Shown here piece by piece: positions 31,860 to 52,199 of a stretch of 64,000 bases of DNA (position 1 is its first letter; each line of letters opens with the position of its first letter). This DNA comes from the human T2T-CHM13v2.0 reference genome, Homo sapiens. The position numbers and the translations under genes were made by a program. The stretch lies in the NCBI RefSeq assembly GCF_009914755.1, contig NC_060934.1, one strand, 5' to 3'. A model generated the notes under the pieces. The model saw nothing but the letters and a program-made list of their open reading frames with translations, had not been told where the DNA came from and made no database searches.

Positions 31860-32110
31860 AGAAAACCGTTAACTTGTGCCTTCTATTTGGTTTTCCTCTG
31901 GTTATTGTTTAAAATGCAGAGATTATGAGGTCAAAGTCTCCCAGCCAATATTTTTCTAATGAAAAATGTAGTAAGGCACGACTGAGTAATCTAATCTATA
32001 AGTTAAGCGTTCCACACAGCAGCGATTTTCACCGACAGAACTTCAATAAATCTTGTTTTGAGAAAAATGATATGAGGCTGATGTTCTATTTTTGTCAATT
32101 TGAATGGACT
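31860..32110. promoter_or_regulatory. AT-rich, non-repetitive candidate conserved element
   Basis: AT-rich island in GC-rich DNA with TAATC repeats, AACCGTTA and retained CpGs. Confidence 0.45.
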
Positions 32111-32633
32111 CCCCTGCCCCCCCAGTCCCCAGAAACACTGCACTGCACCCAGCCAATCTCCTTCTTCCCTCCCCCAGAGCAGGCTGGATGAAAGTGGGGG
32201 ACAAGAATGATAGGGTGGGAGGCCTGAGTTCTGACCCAGCTTGGCTCAGAGGGTCTGGGGCCACAGGCCTCTGCTTCAGCCCACCTGGTCTCTGGGGCTC
32301 TCCTCCTGGTGAGGGGCTTGGCAAAGGGATTGGGGGTCTTGAAGGAAAAGGCAGCCAGTGGTCTAGGAGAATGGTGTCGACTTTCCTAGCCGTGGGGTCA
32401 GGACTGCCCAGGCAAGCCTGTTTCCCCGAGCTGTCCCAAGACTGAGCAAAGAACAAACAGCAGCCCTCGAACCTTCCCTTGACCCCCAACAAGCCATTGA
32501 TAGATCTGGCAAGAAAGGCCTCACCTCAGGAAGAACTGGTTAAATTCATCTTCAAAGCTGCTGTTCCCCTTCGCCTGACTCGAACGTGGGAGACAGGCCA
32601 GAATGTAGTAGTAAACTCACTCCTAACAAAGGA

Positions 32634-32746
32634 TGCGTGTGTGTATATGTGTGTGTGTGTGTGCGCGCGTGCATGTGTGTACATGTGTGTGCATATGTGT
32701 GTGCATGTGTGTGTGCATGTATGTGTACCCATGTACACCCGTGTGC
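32634..32746. repeat. Alternating purine-pyrimidine (TG/CA/CG) tract
   Basis: Direct sequence. Confidence 0.9.
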
Positions 32747-33389
32747 AGGGTGCTGGGAAGGAAGCAAGGCTCTCTCGATGAATGTGCAGACCTAAGGCTG
32801 TCATGGAGGGTGGCTGCCAAGATTAAAATCAAGAAAGAGATTTCTAGCCCAAGGAATATGTGGGAGGCCAGAAGAAAGAATATGGAGCTGTTTCAAGAAA
32901 CTGGAGAAGCTGTAAGGGCAGCCAGAAAGGATTATGTCACCTCATCAGAGAGAAATCAATTAGGAGAGGCTTCACAACGAGAGCTCCTCCTCCCTCCTCC
33001 CAGCCACGATCCACCAAGGGGAACGGATTAAGACAGAGATGTCTGGAGACAGAAAGGTTTTTCTGGGTGGAGATTTCAGCAGCATTTAGATTTGGAAGAG
33101 CCAGAGGCTGTCTCACTCTGAAATCTGCAGGTATGGAAACCACAGACAGAGGTAACTTGACCTCTCAGTGTCCAGGAGAGCTGAGTATAGAGGCAGGAGG
33201 GCTGGGGTTGGGGTCTGAGGATCAGGGGATCCACGTTTTGACATTACCAACAGTCTGACTTCAGACTTCAGACCTCAGTTTCTCAGCTATAAAATAAGGA
33301 AAATAAGACCAGTTCTACTTACCTGAGAGCAAGGTTAGCAGATCAAGTCAGAAGATACATGTGAACACGCGGTTTAAAATACTGCACAA

Positions 33390-33695
33390 GGCTGGGCACG
33401 GTGACTCACGCTTGTAATCCCAGCACTTTGGGAGGCTGAGGCTGGCAGATCACCTGAGGTCAGGAGTTCGAGATCAGCCTGGCCCATATGGCAAAACCCC
33501 TTCTCTACTGAAAATACAAAAATTAGCTGGGCATGGTGGCGGGCGCCTATAATCCCAGCTACTTGGGAGGCTGAGGCAGGAGAATCACTTGAACCCAGGA
33601 GGTGGAGGTTGGCAATGAGCTGAGATCATGCCACTGCACTCCAGCCTGGATGACAGAGTGAGACCCTGTCTCAAAAACTAATAATAATAAAATAA
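33390..33695 (+). mobile_element. AluS-like, TSD TACTGCACAAG, inserted in a MIR
   Basis: Alu consensus and flanking direct repeat. Confidence 0.95.
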
Positions 33696-34889
33696 AGTAC
33701 TGCACAAGATGAGCTATGGATAAAATTATTACTGAATTGGGTGAAGGAAGGAGCTCTGGGAACAACTCTCAAAGCCCCATTATTTCTCTGGGTCAGGTTA
33801 AACTGGACGACAAGGATGGGCGACTGTCACTGGCCTGCCTCTGGAGTCTGAGCTTAGAGATTCCTCATGGAATAAGAAAGGGATTTGCACATTTCTCTCA
33901 GCTGCCAGATGTGCAAAGGATCCACAATGTGGAGATGACTCCAGGAAAGGCTTTGGGCTGGTGGACATGCACAGTAAGGACAGGGGCCTGGGGGCTGGGA
34001 AGGGGGCTTGGGAGGGGAGGAGCTTTTGAAGGGAAGGGCCCCTTGTCTCTGCTTAACCAAGTCAAGGCACCAAAGCTGTGCCCCCTTTCTTTCCAGGTCT
34101 TACCAATTCTCCCTCCCCATCCCACCCTGTGTCATTGCAGGGGCCATTCTAAGGCTCCCAGCAGCTCCCCAGAAGGGGAGGGGTGAGAGTTTTTCTTTAA
34201 CCTCAAACATCAAACATTAGCCCTAAGTCCCCTTTCGTCTTCTGACCCCTACCCACCATTTCCTTCCATTTAACTGTTCCCACCAATGGTTCCCAGGAAA
34301 GTCAGCTCAAGCCCAGGGCTGCCAGAGCCAAGGGGAAGTGGGGAGGTAGTGGGGAATGGCTGAGGCTGCTCAAAGTGGCCTGGAGCTACTGGGCAGCCTC
34401 AGAAACCCTGGAGACCCAATTCCCAAGGAAAATGGGAGGTGAAAGGAGACAGGGTAATATTTCTTGCATGACTAGGGTGGGAAGATGAACCCAAAGCAAA
34501 GAATCTCTCCAATTTCTCTGTGCCTGGGTATGGGGAGTGGGTGCAGCAGGCTCCAGTCAGAGCTAAAAGGTCTGCCCCCACCATGAGTTTGAGAGTCCCT
34601 GTGGCCTGGCTCTGGTCCTCCTCTTGCCCCCAAAGAGATCCCAAACCCCTGGAAGAGTATGCAGCTACAGCTCCATAGACCAGGTACTAGGAGCCCTTGA
34701 AAGCTGGGGGATTGTCGGGGGAGAGGGAATTGCAGTTGGAAGAGAGGGGAGCTTGTGCACCTTAATGCCCACTAAAAATTCAAACTTTTAATCACACAGG
34801 AACATTTTTAGAGAAAATTAAAAATATGATACAAAGCACTAGGTATAGAATGATCCCATTTATGGAGCAAAAATAATCCTATAGTTTGC

Positions 34890-35562
<673 letters not shown>

Positions 35563-36386
35563 TTTTTTTTTTTTTTTAACTACTGGAATAAAACCAGCAA
35601 AATACAGACAGTGATAATTTCTGGGTGGTAAGACTTCATATGATATTATTTTCTGTATACTTCTCTATAGCTTCCAAATTTTCTACCATCAACATTTACA
35701 TTTATAATTAAGAAATTATTTAAAAGATTAAGAAGATAATTCTGGGATTAAGCTGACACCCTAAAAGTAGACCCAGAATTTTGGCAGACCCCAGGCCCTC
35801 TGCCTAGTCCTATGTCTGCTTCGGGGATCCCTGGCTGGCCCCTTCTAGGGCAGCCCGTGAGGCCGAGGCCCACCAGCTGGGAGTCAGCTGTGCCTGGAGA
35901 CAATCCGTGTCCAATGGGAGGTGGGGGGCTCATTTCCGAGCTGGATGGGGGCCAGGTCTAGGGCCAAGCAGCAACCTGGGGCACCGGTATTCACAGCTCC
36001 TCCCCAGCCTCTGCGCCTAAAAAGAGGACAGAGGCCTCAGAGTCAGCTTCTGCCCAGAGGATCCCCAGCCACTACCCCGGTGACTGGTTCTGGCCCACAG
36101 ATACAGGAGAGGGGGTGAAGATGGCCATATCCCCAGTTCTGAGGCTCAGTGAGGATTTATGGAGCTGTGTTTAGGCCTAGATTTGCCCCATTCCCTCTCT
36201 CACCCCAGGCCTCCCAAGACCGTGGACTCAGGGAACGAATGACTAATCAGAGTTGGGAGGGGGTCCTACAGGGTTGGGCCCAGGGTTTTGGACCAAGGAG
36301 TCTCAGTTAATCCCAGCTGGGGTTTAGTAAAAATATGGCTAAGAAATTCTAGCCCACCTTCAAGTATTCAGCTTTGTTCAAGGAAA

Positions 36387-36403
36387 AACACACACACACA
36401 CAC

Positions 36404-36434
<31 letters not shown>
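36387..36434. repeat. (CA)n microsatellite
   Basis: Direct sequence. Confidence 0.95.
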
Positions 36435-36439
36435 TAAAA

Positions 36440-36900
36440 AAGGCTTTTTAGACTATTTATTTATGAGCATGTGTCAAAATTTTATTTCAATCTTGCTACA
36501 AGTGAAGAGACCTATAAAAGGCCAGCCGCTTCAAGATGACTTCTTGGTAGATACATTTAGAGGCAAGAAGAGTGGTTAGCAGCATTGTTAAAATGGGCAT
36601 ACAAAAATAATGTCTGAATAAAATATATAAAACTCTTCCAAACGGCAGGGTGGATAGGAAACTGGTTCCTGAGAAGAAATCTAAATCCTGTTAAAAGTTT
36701 ATCGGAAAATTGCTTAAGCATTTTAACAACAAGGCTGATTTCCTCCCAGAAGGAAATAATGAATTACACTTGGCAAAAAGGCTGTGTCCCAGACAAGCTT
36801 GGGGGCCTTTCGTCTTCAGTTAGAAATTCCGGCTTGGCTGCTGCTCCAGGGCTGCAGGGTCAAGCATGAAGCAATTGATATGTAAATTCCAGGTTCCTGT
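36440..36900. promoter_or_regulatory. AT-rich candidate conserved element
   Basis: Non-repeat AT-rich block with TTTATG/TAAAA (posterior HOX/CDX-like) and AATTA motifs. Confidence 0.4.
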
Positions 36901-37339
36901 GCGCCCAAACTTGTGCCGGGCACCAAGACGAGAATAAGACAGCAGGGCAGAAGTTGTGGAGAAGCTGAATTGTCTCTCTGCAAGGAAAAATTTCCTGACA
37001 CAAGTATCTGTCCAGGCAAGTACCCCAGAAGTTCTGAGTTCCCTCATTTTGGAGGTAAGCAAGGCCGCAGAGGAAGCAGGAGGCCTCATGGTACAGATAT
37101 TTTAGAACTACTTACCCAAGTGGGGGACCTGGACCTCTGACAGAATGCCAGATGATTTTCAATGGTGCATTGACAAGACATTAAATCACTCTGAATTTCA
37201 TAGTGAGAAAGCTATTTCCTTGTCAATTCTCTTTCTTTATTTCCCTGTTTTTTTTCCACTGGAACTTGGGTTTACAGAACTGGATTAATCACATTCCTTG
37301 CTTCATGATACACTCTCACCATTGGTCATTGCATGGTTT

Positions 37340-37650
37340 TCTTTTCTTTTTCTTTTATTATTGTTATTTTTTAAGACAGTCTCACTCTCGCCCAGGCTGG
37401 GGTGCAGTGTCGCAATCTGGGCTCACTGAAACCTCTACTTCCTGGGTTCAAGCGATTCTCGTGCCTCAGCCTCCCAAGTAGCTGAGATTACAGATGTGCA
37501 CTACCTTGCCTAGCTAATTTTGTATTTTTAGTAGAGATGAGGTTTCACCACATTGGCCACACTGGTCCCAAACTCCTGGCCTCAAGCAATCCACCTGCCT
37601 TGGCCTCCCAAAGTGCTGGGATTACAGGTGTGAGCCACAGCGCCCAGCCT
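37340..37650 (-). mobile_element. Alu
   Basis: Antisense Alu consensus. Confidence 0.95.
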
Positions 37651-37679
37651 AGATTTTCTTTTAATTAGTTTAAAATATT

Positions 37680-39190
<1,511 letters not shown>

Positions 39191-39284
39191 CTTCCAGTTT
39201 CCTCGAAGAGAATGTCTCAGTTTGGTGCTAGTATGTCTTTAACACCTCTCTAACGTGTGTTTCTCTTCTTTCCCTTTTTAACAG

Positions 39285-39490
39285 AGAGGAAGATTCAACT
39301 GCAAGAGCTTTCAGCAGGCAATGGTGTCCAACTAGAATCGAAACACATTGTTATTGTTTTACTTATTTTTATAATTACTTTTTATTTTGGCAAGTAACGG
39401 GTGGTTTCGCAGTTACTGTAGTGCTAGAAGGCTTTTTTAAAAAAACAATAAACATACTTGAGTAAGAAATAGTAAGTTGATTTAAAGAAA
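39285..39490 (+). ncRNA. Candidate alternative terminal exon of a long lncRNA isoform
   Basis: Branch point CTAAC (39250-39254), long pyrimidine tract, CAG acceptor ending 39284, AATAAA at 39447-39452. Confidence 0.5.
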
Positions 39491-39896
39491 AATATCAAGT
39501 AAATAACATTTTAGGTAGAATATGGATTTGGCATGAATTGTGACACTGGTACTCGAATGTGGAAAGTTTGGGAAACATGAATTTAGAGGTTGCTCAGACT
39601 CTTGTTGAACCAGTGATCTCTGAGACCCTTCCAAGGTTAACAATGTCTGATATTCTGGATGTACAGACAGTATAGGTCATAGGAGCTCAGCAAGTGCTAA
39701 CATGGACAGGGAAGGCTTTGTGGGACATGATCTTGGTCTTAAAGAACGAGTAGGATTTAAGTGAAGATAAAGACGAAATCAGAGTTCTTCCAGGCAAAGA
39801 AAATAACATGAAGGTCAAACTAACCAAGGTATGCTTAAGGGCTAATAAGTTTGCCTGGTGGAAGCAAAGGATAGTGATAGAAAATAAAGGAAATCA

Positions 39897-40020
39897 CCGG
39901 GCATGGTGGCTAACACCTGTAAGGCCAAGGCGGGAGGATCACTTGAGCGTAGGAGCTTGAGACCAGCCTCGGTAACATAGTGAGACCCCATTTCTAAAAA
40001 ATAAAAGAAAAGAAAATAAT
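39897..40020 (+). mobile_element. FLAM / Alu monomer
   Basis: Single left-arm Alu with A tail. Confidence 0.8.
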
Positions 40021-40189
40021 TTGGAAAATCTAAAAAATCTGAGGACTTTAGACTTAGTTGTGAGGGTATAGGGAGTCACGGAAAGTTCTTGAGCAGGTAA
40101 GTGACATGATGAAGGGACTCAGATCTTGAGCAGGTACCACTTGGTTTTTGGTGAAAATTTCCTCCTTGTCCAGCCTGAGACTGCTGACT

Positions 40190-40745
40190 AGTTCATTTAT
40201 CTCTCAAATATTTATCAAAGGCTTCCCGTGTACCAGGCACTGCCCTGTGAATTCAGTGATGCACAAAAACATACTCCTCATCCTACAATCCTCTAGTGTG
40301 TGAGTCAGGCATTAAATGAAGTAACCACGCAAACATAAAATTCCAAGTGTCGATAAGTCCAACTAAAGAGGTGCTCCTGATGCCAGGAGTGCATATAGCA
40401 GTGGGGAGGCTTACCTGCCTTAGGAGTCAGGGCAAGGCTGTTCTGAGGAAGCCACAGCTGAGCTGATATTGAAAGGATAAGAGGCATTACATGGGTGAAG
40501 AGAAGAGGGAAAAGCATTTCAGACAGGGAAAGCGGCATGCCCCAAAGCCCTGTGGCCTGCAGAGGAAAGCTGGGGGAATCAGGAGCCCCAGGAGGGCAGG
40601 AGGGGATCAGGGAAAAGGTCATTGTGGCTGGGTATCAGGGAACATGGTGTGAAGAGAGGCTGGAGCCCCGCAGGCTCTAGGAAGGTTTGGGAGTTTATCC
40701 TAGAAGAGAGGTGCCATTGAAAGGGCTGTGACATGGTCAGTTCAG
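40190..40745 (-). mobile_element. L2 remnant
   Basis: TTCATTTATCTCTCAAATATTTATCAAAGGCTTCCCGTGTACCAGGCACTG. Confidence 0.65.
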
Positions 40746-40759
40746 TGTTTATTTACATT

Positions 40760-41370
<611 letters not shown>

Positions 41371-42280
41371 TCAAACCTTCTGGTACATGTGAGGAAGGCA
41401 GGGTGACATGTATTCATGTCTCTCTCTCAGGCAGCCCCAGAACACTCCAGACGCTGGAGATTGGGAGGCTGATCTGAAGAGAGTGTGCAGGAGGCTGAGG
41501 TGGGCCTGCAGTGGCAGCAAAGAAAAGCAAAGGGGACAGGGTGACTGTGAGGATCGGACAGAGTATAAGCTGGGCAGGGGCCAGAAGGGACCCATATGAC
41601 CGGGGAGGGGCACATGAAGAGGACACATGAGTAGGGTACTGCAAGCAGTGCGGGCAGAGGCTGGAGCCTGGAAGAGAAGGCAGGGCTGGAGTCACTCCCA
41701 GAGGCACAAAGCTGCGGCAGTAACTAAGTTTGCCCAGGAGAGGGCTCCACCTTGGCAAAATGGCTACGTCTGAATGACTCAAATGGTCTCTGAGGTCCCC
41801 TGGAGAAAAGATGTCCAAGGACGAGGCCTTGGGGAACTCCTGGCATGCTTGGAGGAAAAGGAGCCAGGGACAGTGGTTGAGGGCAAGCTGGAAGGGGATG
41901 GACCGAGCAAAGACACCAGGTTAGGAGCAGGAAGGGGACCAGGAAGAGCACAGAGCTGCAGTGACAGGGTTTGTAAGTGGGGACGGAGAAGGGACAGCCG
42001 CCTGGGTGATTGGCAAGCCTGGAGGCTCCGCAAGTCCAACCCCCCAGTCTGCAGGGGGCAGACACCATGCTTTGTTTTCACCTTCTCCTGGGTATAACGG
42101 GCGAGACAGTGGTAGTAGAGGTTGGTGGAGGCCGGTGGGAGAACACTGACCAGGATGGTGGAACGAAGCTGACCTGAAAGTGAGGACCCCTCACTTGACC
42201 CCTACATCATCCCCCTTTTCTTTCTAAGCATCCCTGGGCTTTAGAAAAATAGGGAGACTGAGAAGAAAACTTCTCTCTAG

Positions 42281-42656
<376 letters not shown>

Positions 42657-44242
42657 ACCCATCGTGCTTTTCAACATTTGTAAGCAGGCAGGGAATAAGG
42701 TAAGCTTGTGGACTCCGAGGCTCGTGTGCGCAGGCGCACATGCATGCAGGTACCCACATAGACCTGTGCTGACTTGAACACCTGCACTCACTGATTCACA
42801 CGCGCATCCTCTTGAACACATGCTCACACAGCCCTCATTCACATGCCTCTTCCCTTGCCACGCACACATACTCATACTGGCATCCCTCCTAAACACATGT
42901 TCCCTCTTACCCTGCCACTCCCCAACCACACACACACACCCAGGAGAATCCTAGGAAGCTGTTCACAATAGTCCTGGATCTCCAGGAATGTGTGTGATTA
43001 CCCACGATGTGTGTGTATCTATGTAAGATGCAATTCAGAGGGGTGATGTGTGGGTGGGTGGGGATGGGGGATACCCCAAGATGCGATGTGTGTCTGTAAG
43101 GGGATGAATGTAGTAAAGTGTGCATTCATTCATTCCATCATTCACTCAACCAGGTTATGGAGGCGCCACCATGTCCCAAGCACTGCACTTGGTTAAACAG
43201 TGAACCACATAGACACTATCACTGCTCACAATCTAATGAGCTCCAGAGAAGACAGGCCCTGAGGACATAGCTGGGAAATGCCGTGAAGGGGGAATGCCAT
43301 GTACTATGGGAGCTGGGAACAGGCAAAGTGACCCAGAGAATTTCCCAAGAACAGGGTGTGTACCTTAGTGAATGAGTATAGACACTGGTCTGGGGGGCGC
43401 CTCTGGGATGTGAGCTGCATGTCAGCAGGTTGGAAGGTATTTTGGTGGACATGAGGATTGGGAGGTATGGGGTGTGATATGTGCATGTGTGTACAGCTGT
43501 GTGTGCATGGGAAGGAGTGAGGTGTGTATCATTATCAGAATTATTGGAGCAAACAGGCTCTTTATTATGTGTATAATTTCCCTGCGTCCCATCGGTTCCC
43601 TCTGTGCAGGGGGAGTTGGAGTGGAACTAAACCAAATAGGGGATTTAGCAACTTCGAGAGGCTGTGGCAGAGCTTAAAGTGCTGCTGATAGATGGTGGTG
43701 GCAGGCATGGGAGAGAAGAGGTGTCACCAGCAGTGGAGAGGGAACAGAAGAGGGAATTTTGATTGGGCTGGGGGCAGGGACCGGTGTCCGGTGCCCACTT
43801 TCAGAGAGGAGGTCTGGGGACAAGTGCAGGAACTGGCCGTTCTCTGCAATAACCTGAGAGAAGAAAAGGGATGGGGAGAGGGAATGCCCAATACAGCTCA
43901 GTCCTGCCTGGGGCAGGGAGTTCGGGCCTGAGGGCGTGGCTGCGCAGCCTCTCTTCTTTTAGGGGTCTCATATATGGACCCTTATATATGAGGTCCATAT
44001 ATTTCGTGCATCTCATATGTGGAAAATGGCCCTGAAGTTTAGTGGAAATAAGTCATCTCAGTGTTGAGTTCAAATCTCAGCTCTGCAGTAGGACCTTGGG
44101 CAAGTTACTTCTCAGAGTAGTGCAATAATTGGAGTAATAATATTTACTTTGCAGGGTTGTGGTGATCAGTAGTAACATATAAAAACTTTGGCACCTTGGA
44201 AGCACTCAATGAATGATGATGTTTTATTAAAGATATTGGATC

Positions 44243-45117
<875 letters not shown>

Positions 45118-46589
45118 ACATTGAATCTGTTCGTAGATCTACATCATCTACCTGCCAATCAATCTACACCTCTCCCACCCTGTAAGATTAAAACCCAGCC
45201 TGTTCCTACCCAGGCTTGTGGGTACAGCTCCTTCTCCCTGCTCTGGGGCTGGAGAAATGTTTCTGAATAACGGTGTCTGTTTCTCTGGCTGCCCCTCCAA
45301 GCATGTTTCTATCACCAGTTTCTTTTTTCTTCTCTCTTTTACTTTATTTTTTCCTGCTTAGCCAAGTAGAAAATAAGTGTAAAGAAGCAGGAGAAAGAAA
45401 ACCTTTAATCCCACCACTCAGAGGCAATTATAAAAATTGCTAACATTTCTTCAGTGCCACTTTGTATCAAGTTTTGTATCCAAATGCTTCGGATGCTTTA
45501 TTTCATTTCATCCTCACAATAACCCAGGGAAACTGGTACCATGATTATCCCCACTTAATAGAAGCTGAAGCATGGAAGGTACCTTGCCCAAGATCATACA
45601 GCTAGTAAGTGATATAAGAAGGATGTGACTTGGGCAAATTCCACTTTCCTTCCGGTCTTTTAGCTATTCTGTCTTCTGAGGACTTTCCTGCTGGCTTCCT
45701 ATAGCCTCTTGCTGTCTTAGTTGAGCCAGATCTCTAGCCTTTACTTTACAAATATTTATTGCTCACCTCCTCTGTCTTGGGCATCTTGCTGGGCCCTGCT
45801 GGGAGGCAGGAGGCAGCTACAGAGAAGCTTTCCAGGGCCCAGCTGCCAGCAGTCCTTTAGAGCAAGGACCAGAGAACAAAATTATTGCCCAGGGATAAAT
45901 CAATGCAGAAGAAGCAGCAAGAGATGCTGCCAGCAGGGGCTTGGGAAGGAGGTTCCCTGAGGATTCTACTCTCAGCTGAGCCCTCACCTAATGCCCACTT
46001 CTCCCACCAACTCCCATCACTGCATTCTATCTCTTCCTGGGGCATGGCCCTGATACCCAAAGGACCTGAGACCCTGGATCCCACAGCCCTGGGGCTGCAG
46101 CAGGCCTGCAAGCTCATTCTCAGGATCATTGTAGCAGCCAAAATGCCTTTCTGCCCTCCATCCAGCCAATCCACCAGTGACCATATGAATCACCTAAAGC
46201 TGACTCCATTTTGTCCCTGTTCTGCTCAAAAGCAATGGCACTCAGTTAAGTAAGAACTTCTCAGCTGGCTGGCATTCAGAGAGGGTCTTGCTGATCTAAA
46301 CTCAAACTGCCTTTGCAGCCTTCTTTCTGCTGCCCACCAGCTCACAATTACACCCCAACTGGAAAACTCCTTCTCAACAGCTCTTCCTTATTAACACCCC
46401 ACCTTTCCTTCAAGTCCTATAGGAAATGGCTCTTCCTACAAAATCTTTCCTGAACATCCTCCCCAAGCACAATGACCACCAGGCATATCTCTTCCTTTGA
46501 GGTCCATAGTCCTTTATACTCCTTCCTGGGCACTAATCTTAGGCTGCCTGATAGCATAATGTTTTTTATCTGTCAGGTTGTAGCATAAT

Positions 46590-49820
<3,231 letters not shown>

Positions 49821-50372
49821 TAAAATAATATTAATATTAATAATATTTACCACCTATTGGCACTAGAAATTTAGCATCCATTGCCTTTAATATTAACAAC
49901 TCTAGAAAGTAGATATTTTTATCTCCATTTTACAAGCGAGGCTCTGGGTGACTAATAGTTGAACAAGGTGACATGGATGTAAGTCATAGAACCAGAACAC
50001 CAATGCAGAATCCTCTGACAACAAAAGCCTGTTTGCCCCTTGCCTGCCACACAGTAGGGAGCAAGAGCCTTGTCTTTCTCCTCTGAGATGCTCCATAGTG
50101 CTTAAGTAAGAGCTTAAGAAGGCTTGTTATATTAAATGAATTGGTGTCCATGAAGAGGCTGTGCTCTTGCATCAGGGCAGGCCCATCCAGGTGCTCTAAA
50201 TTCCAGCGACTAAGACTGTACTTTCAGGGATCATTTCTTTAGTTCATTACTAGATAAGTTTCTCTGAATATGTAGAGCGCTGAATTATAATAAATAGATT
50301 TTAAAATAAATAAGTAAATAAATTCCAGTCACTGACTAGATTTAGTTGCAATCAGGAGATCTTGTTTTTGGA

Positions 50373-50478
50373 AAGAAGGAAGGAAAGAAGGAGGGAAGAG
50401 ACGAAAGAAGGAAAGAAAGGAGGGAAGGAAGGAAGGAAAGAAGGAAGGAAGGAAAGAAGGAAGGAAGGAAGGAAGGAA
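50373..50478. repeat. (GGAA/GAAA)n polypurine microsatellite
   Basis: Direct sequence. Confidence 0.95.
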
Positions 50479-50485
50479 ACACCAC

Positions 50486-50793
50486 TGTTTGTTTGTCTGT
50501 TTGTTTGTTTTGAGATGGAGTCTTGCTCTGTCGCCCAGGCTGGAGTGCAGTAGCTCAATCTCAGCTCACTGCAACCTCCACCTCCCAGGTTCAAGCCATT
50601 CTCTTGCCTTAGCCTCCTGAGTAGCTGGGATTACAGCCACCCGCCACCATACCCGGCTAATTTTTGTATTTTTAGTAGAGTTGGGGTTTCGCCATGTTGG
50701 CCACGCTGGCCTTGAACTCTTGAGTTCAGGTGACCTGCCCACGTCGGCCTCCCAGAGTGCTGGGATTACAGGCGTGAGCCACTGCACCCAGCC
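50486..50793 (-). mobile_element. Alu
   Basis: Antisense Alu consensus. Confidence 0.95.
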
Positions 50794-50944
50794 AAAACGC
50801 CGCTATTAATCAATTGGGACTCAGTTTCCTCATGTGTAAAATGGAGATAATAATATTGCCCTGGCTAATGAGAGAATGAGAGGCAGTGCTTTACCGTTTG
50901 TAAATTTTAATTTGTAAATTGATAGAATTATTTAACCATAGCCA

Positions 50945-51095
50945 CCATCTGTGGAACTTTCTAAAATATATGGATTCCAGGGACCCAGCCCTGAAGATCC
51001 AGATTGGCATGATCTAGGGTGGGGCCTGGGTATGTACATTTTTAAAAAGCTTCTCTGGGTGATTTCAATGCTCAGCTAATGGCGAGAACAGCTGG
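50945..51095. mobile_element. MER5A-like hAT-Charlie MITE
   Basis: TCTAGGGTGGGGCCTGGG...ATTTTTAAAAAGCTTCTCTGGGTGATTTCAATG. Confidence 0.7.
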
Positions 51096-52199
51096 GGTAA
51101 AAATGTGTATGATCATCATTATTGTTTCAGTATCACCATCACTGTAGTTATCTTTTGGAGGATGAAAGTGGGGAAACACCCTTCAGAGAAGTCTATAAAC
51201 ACCTAGATCCATTGTAAGTCCTTAAATAAGGACCACTGTCACTGTCTTCGCTCCCTGGTCATCTCTGGCCTGGGGTTTCAGAGGCAGGTTCATAAGTGTG
51301 TGTGTATGTGTTTTCATGAATATGTGCTTGGAAAAGGCAATGAGAAGAAAGCAGATTATGAGGGGTTTCTGTCTTGAGAGGAAGCTACTGGAACCAGGAA
51401 GAACAAGCAGTCTGATTCCTAGGGGCTCAGGCCTATGCACTTAACCATAAGAAACAAGCGAAAGTGGCCCCACTGAGCTCCATGAGGAGCATGGCTAATC
51501 CTGTCACTCTGATTTGCATGTAGGCATGGTCTGCTTGTGGGGATGGTCAGTTCCTGCAGACCCGTAACTGCTGAGCTCATGAAGAGCCCCCTGGGATCTG
51601 GCCTGAGAGTCCATCAGCCAACTCTCTTCCTCCTGTTAGTACTTTCCCCCATAACCTGGGTATCCCAGGGTACTGTCCATCTCTGAGAGGTTAGAGCATG
51701 GCAAAGACCAACCCACCAATTCCCCTCTGCCCAGAGACCTCAGTTCCTGGGCCACTCTCTATCCAAGGCCACAAGGCCAAGTTCTAGGTCTCTTCCACTC
51801 TTTATACTCAGTAAGGGGGACTCTATGGGACTAAGCTAGGGTCCCTGCATGTCCTGGCATGGAGGTGGGAGTGAGTAGAGGGCTAGGGCTCAGAAAAGGA
51901 TGTGGGAAGAGAAAAAGGGAAATAAAATAGAGGGCAGGATTAATGAAGTGGCTTCAAAAACTAATAGTGCATTTCCCAACATCTCCTCCTCTGACTCTCC
52001 CATCCCAAGGGAACCTGCCCACACCCCCAAAGCAGCCTGCCCAGCTCTCAGTCCACCTGCTAGGGTGGAAAGAGGCAGGAAGTCTCTCAAGGTGAGGGAG
52101 AGAACTCCCCTTCCTTTATACTCCAATCTCTAGAGATGAAACCCCAGGTCTCAGCCCCTCCTGTGAAGCACAGGCCCATCCCCACCCCTACCCAGCTTC

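Noticed and set aside
32526-33031. His/Thr- or Cys/Val-rich ORFs, also at 52590-53100
   Set aside because: Translations of CA/TG repeats
33317-33325. Perfect minus-strand splice donor CAG|GTAAGT
   Set aside because: Lies in a MIR relic and no partner acceptor or promoter could be tied to it; not called without RNA data
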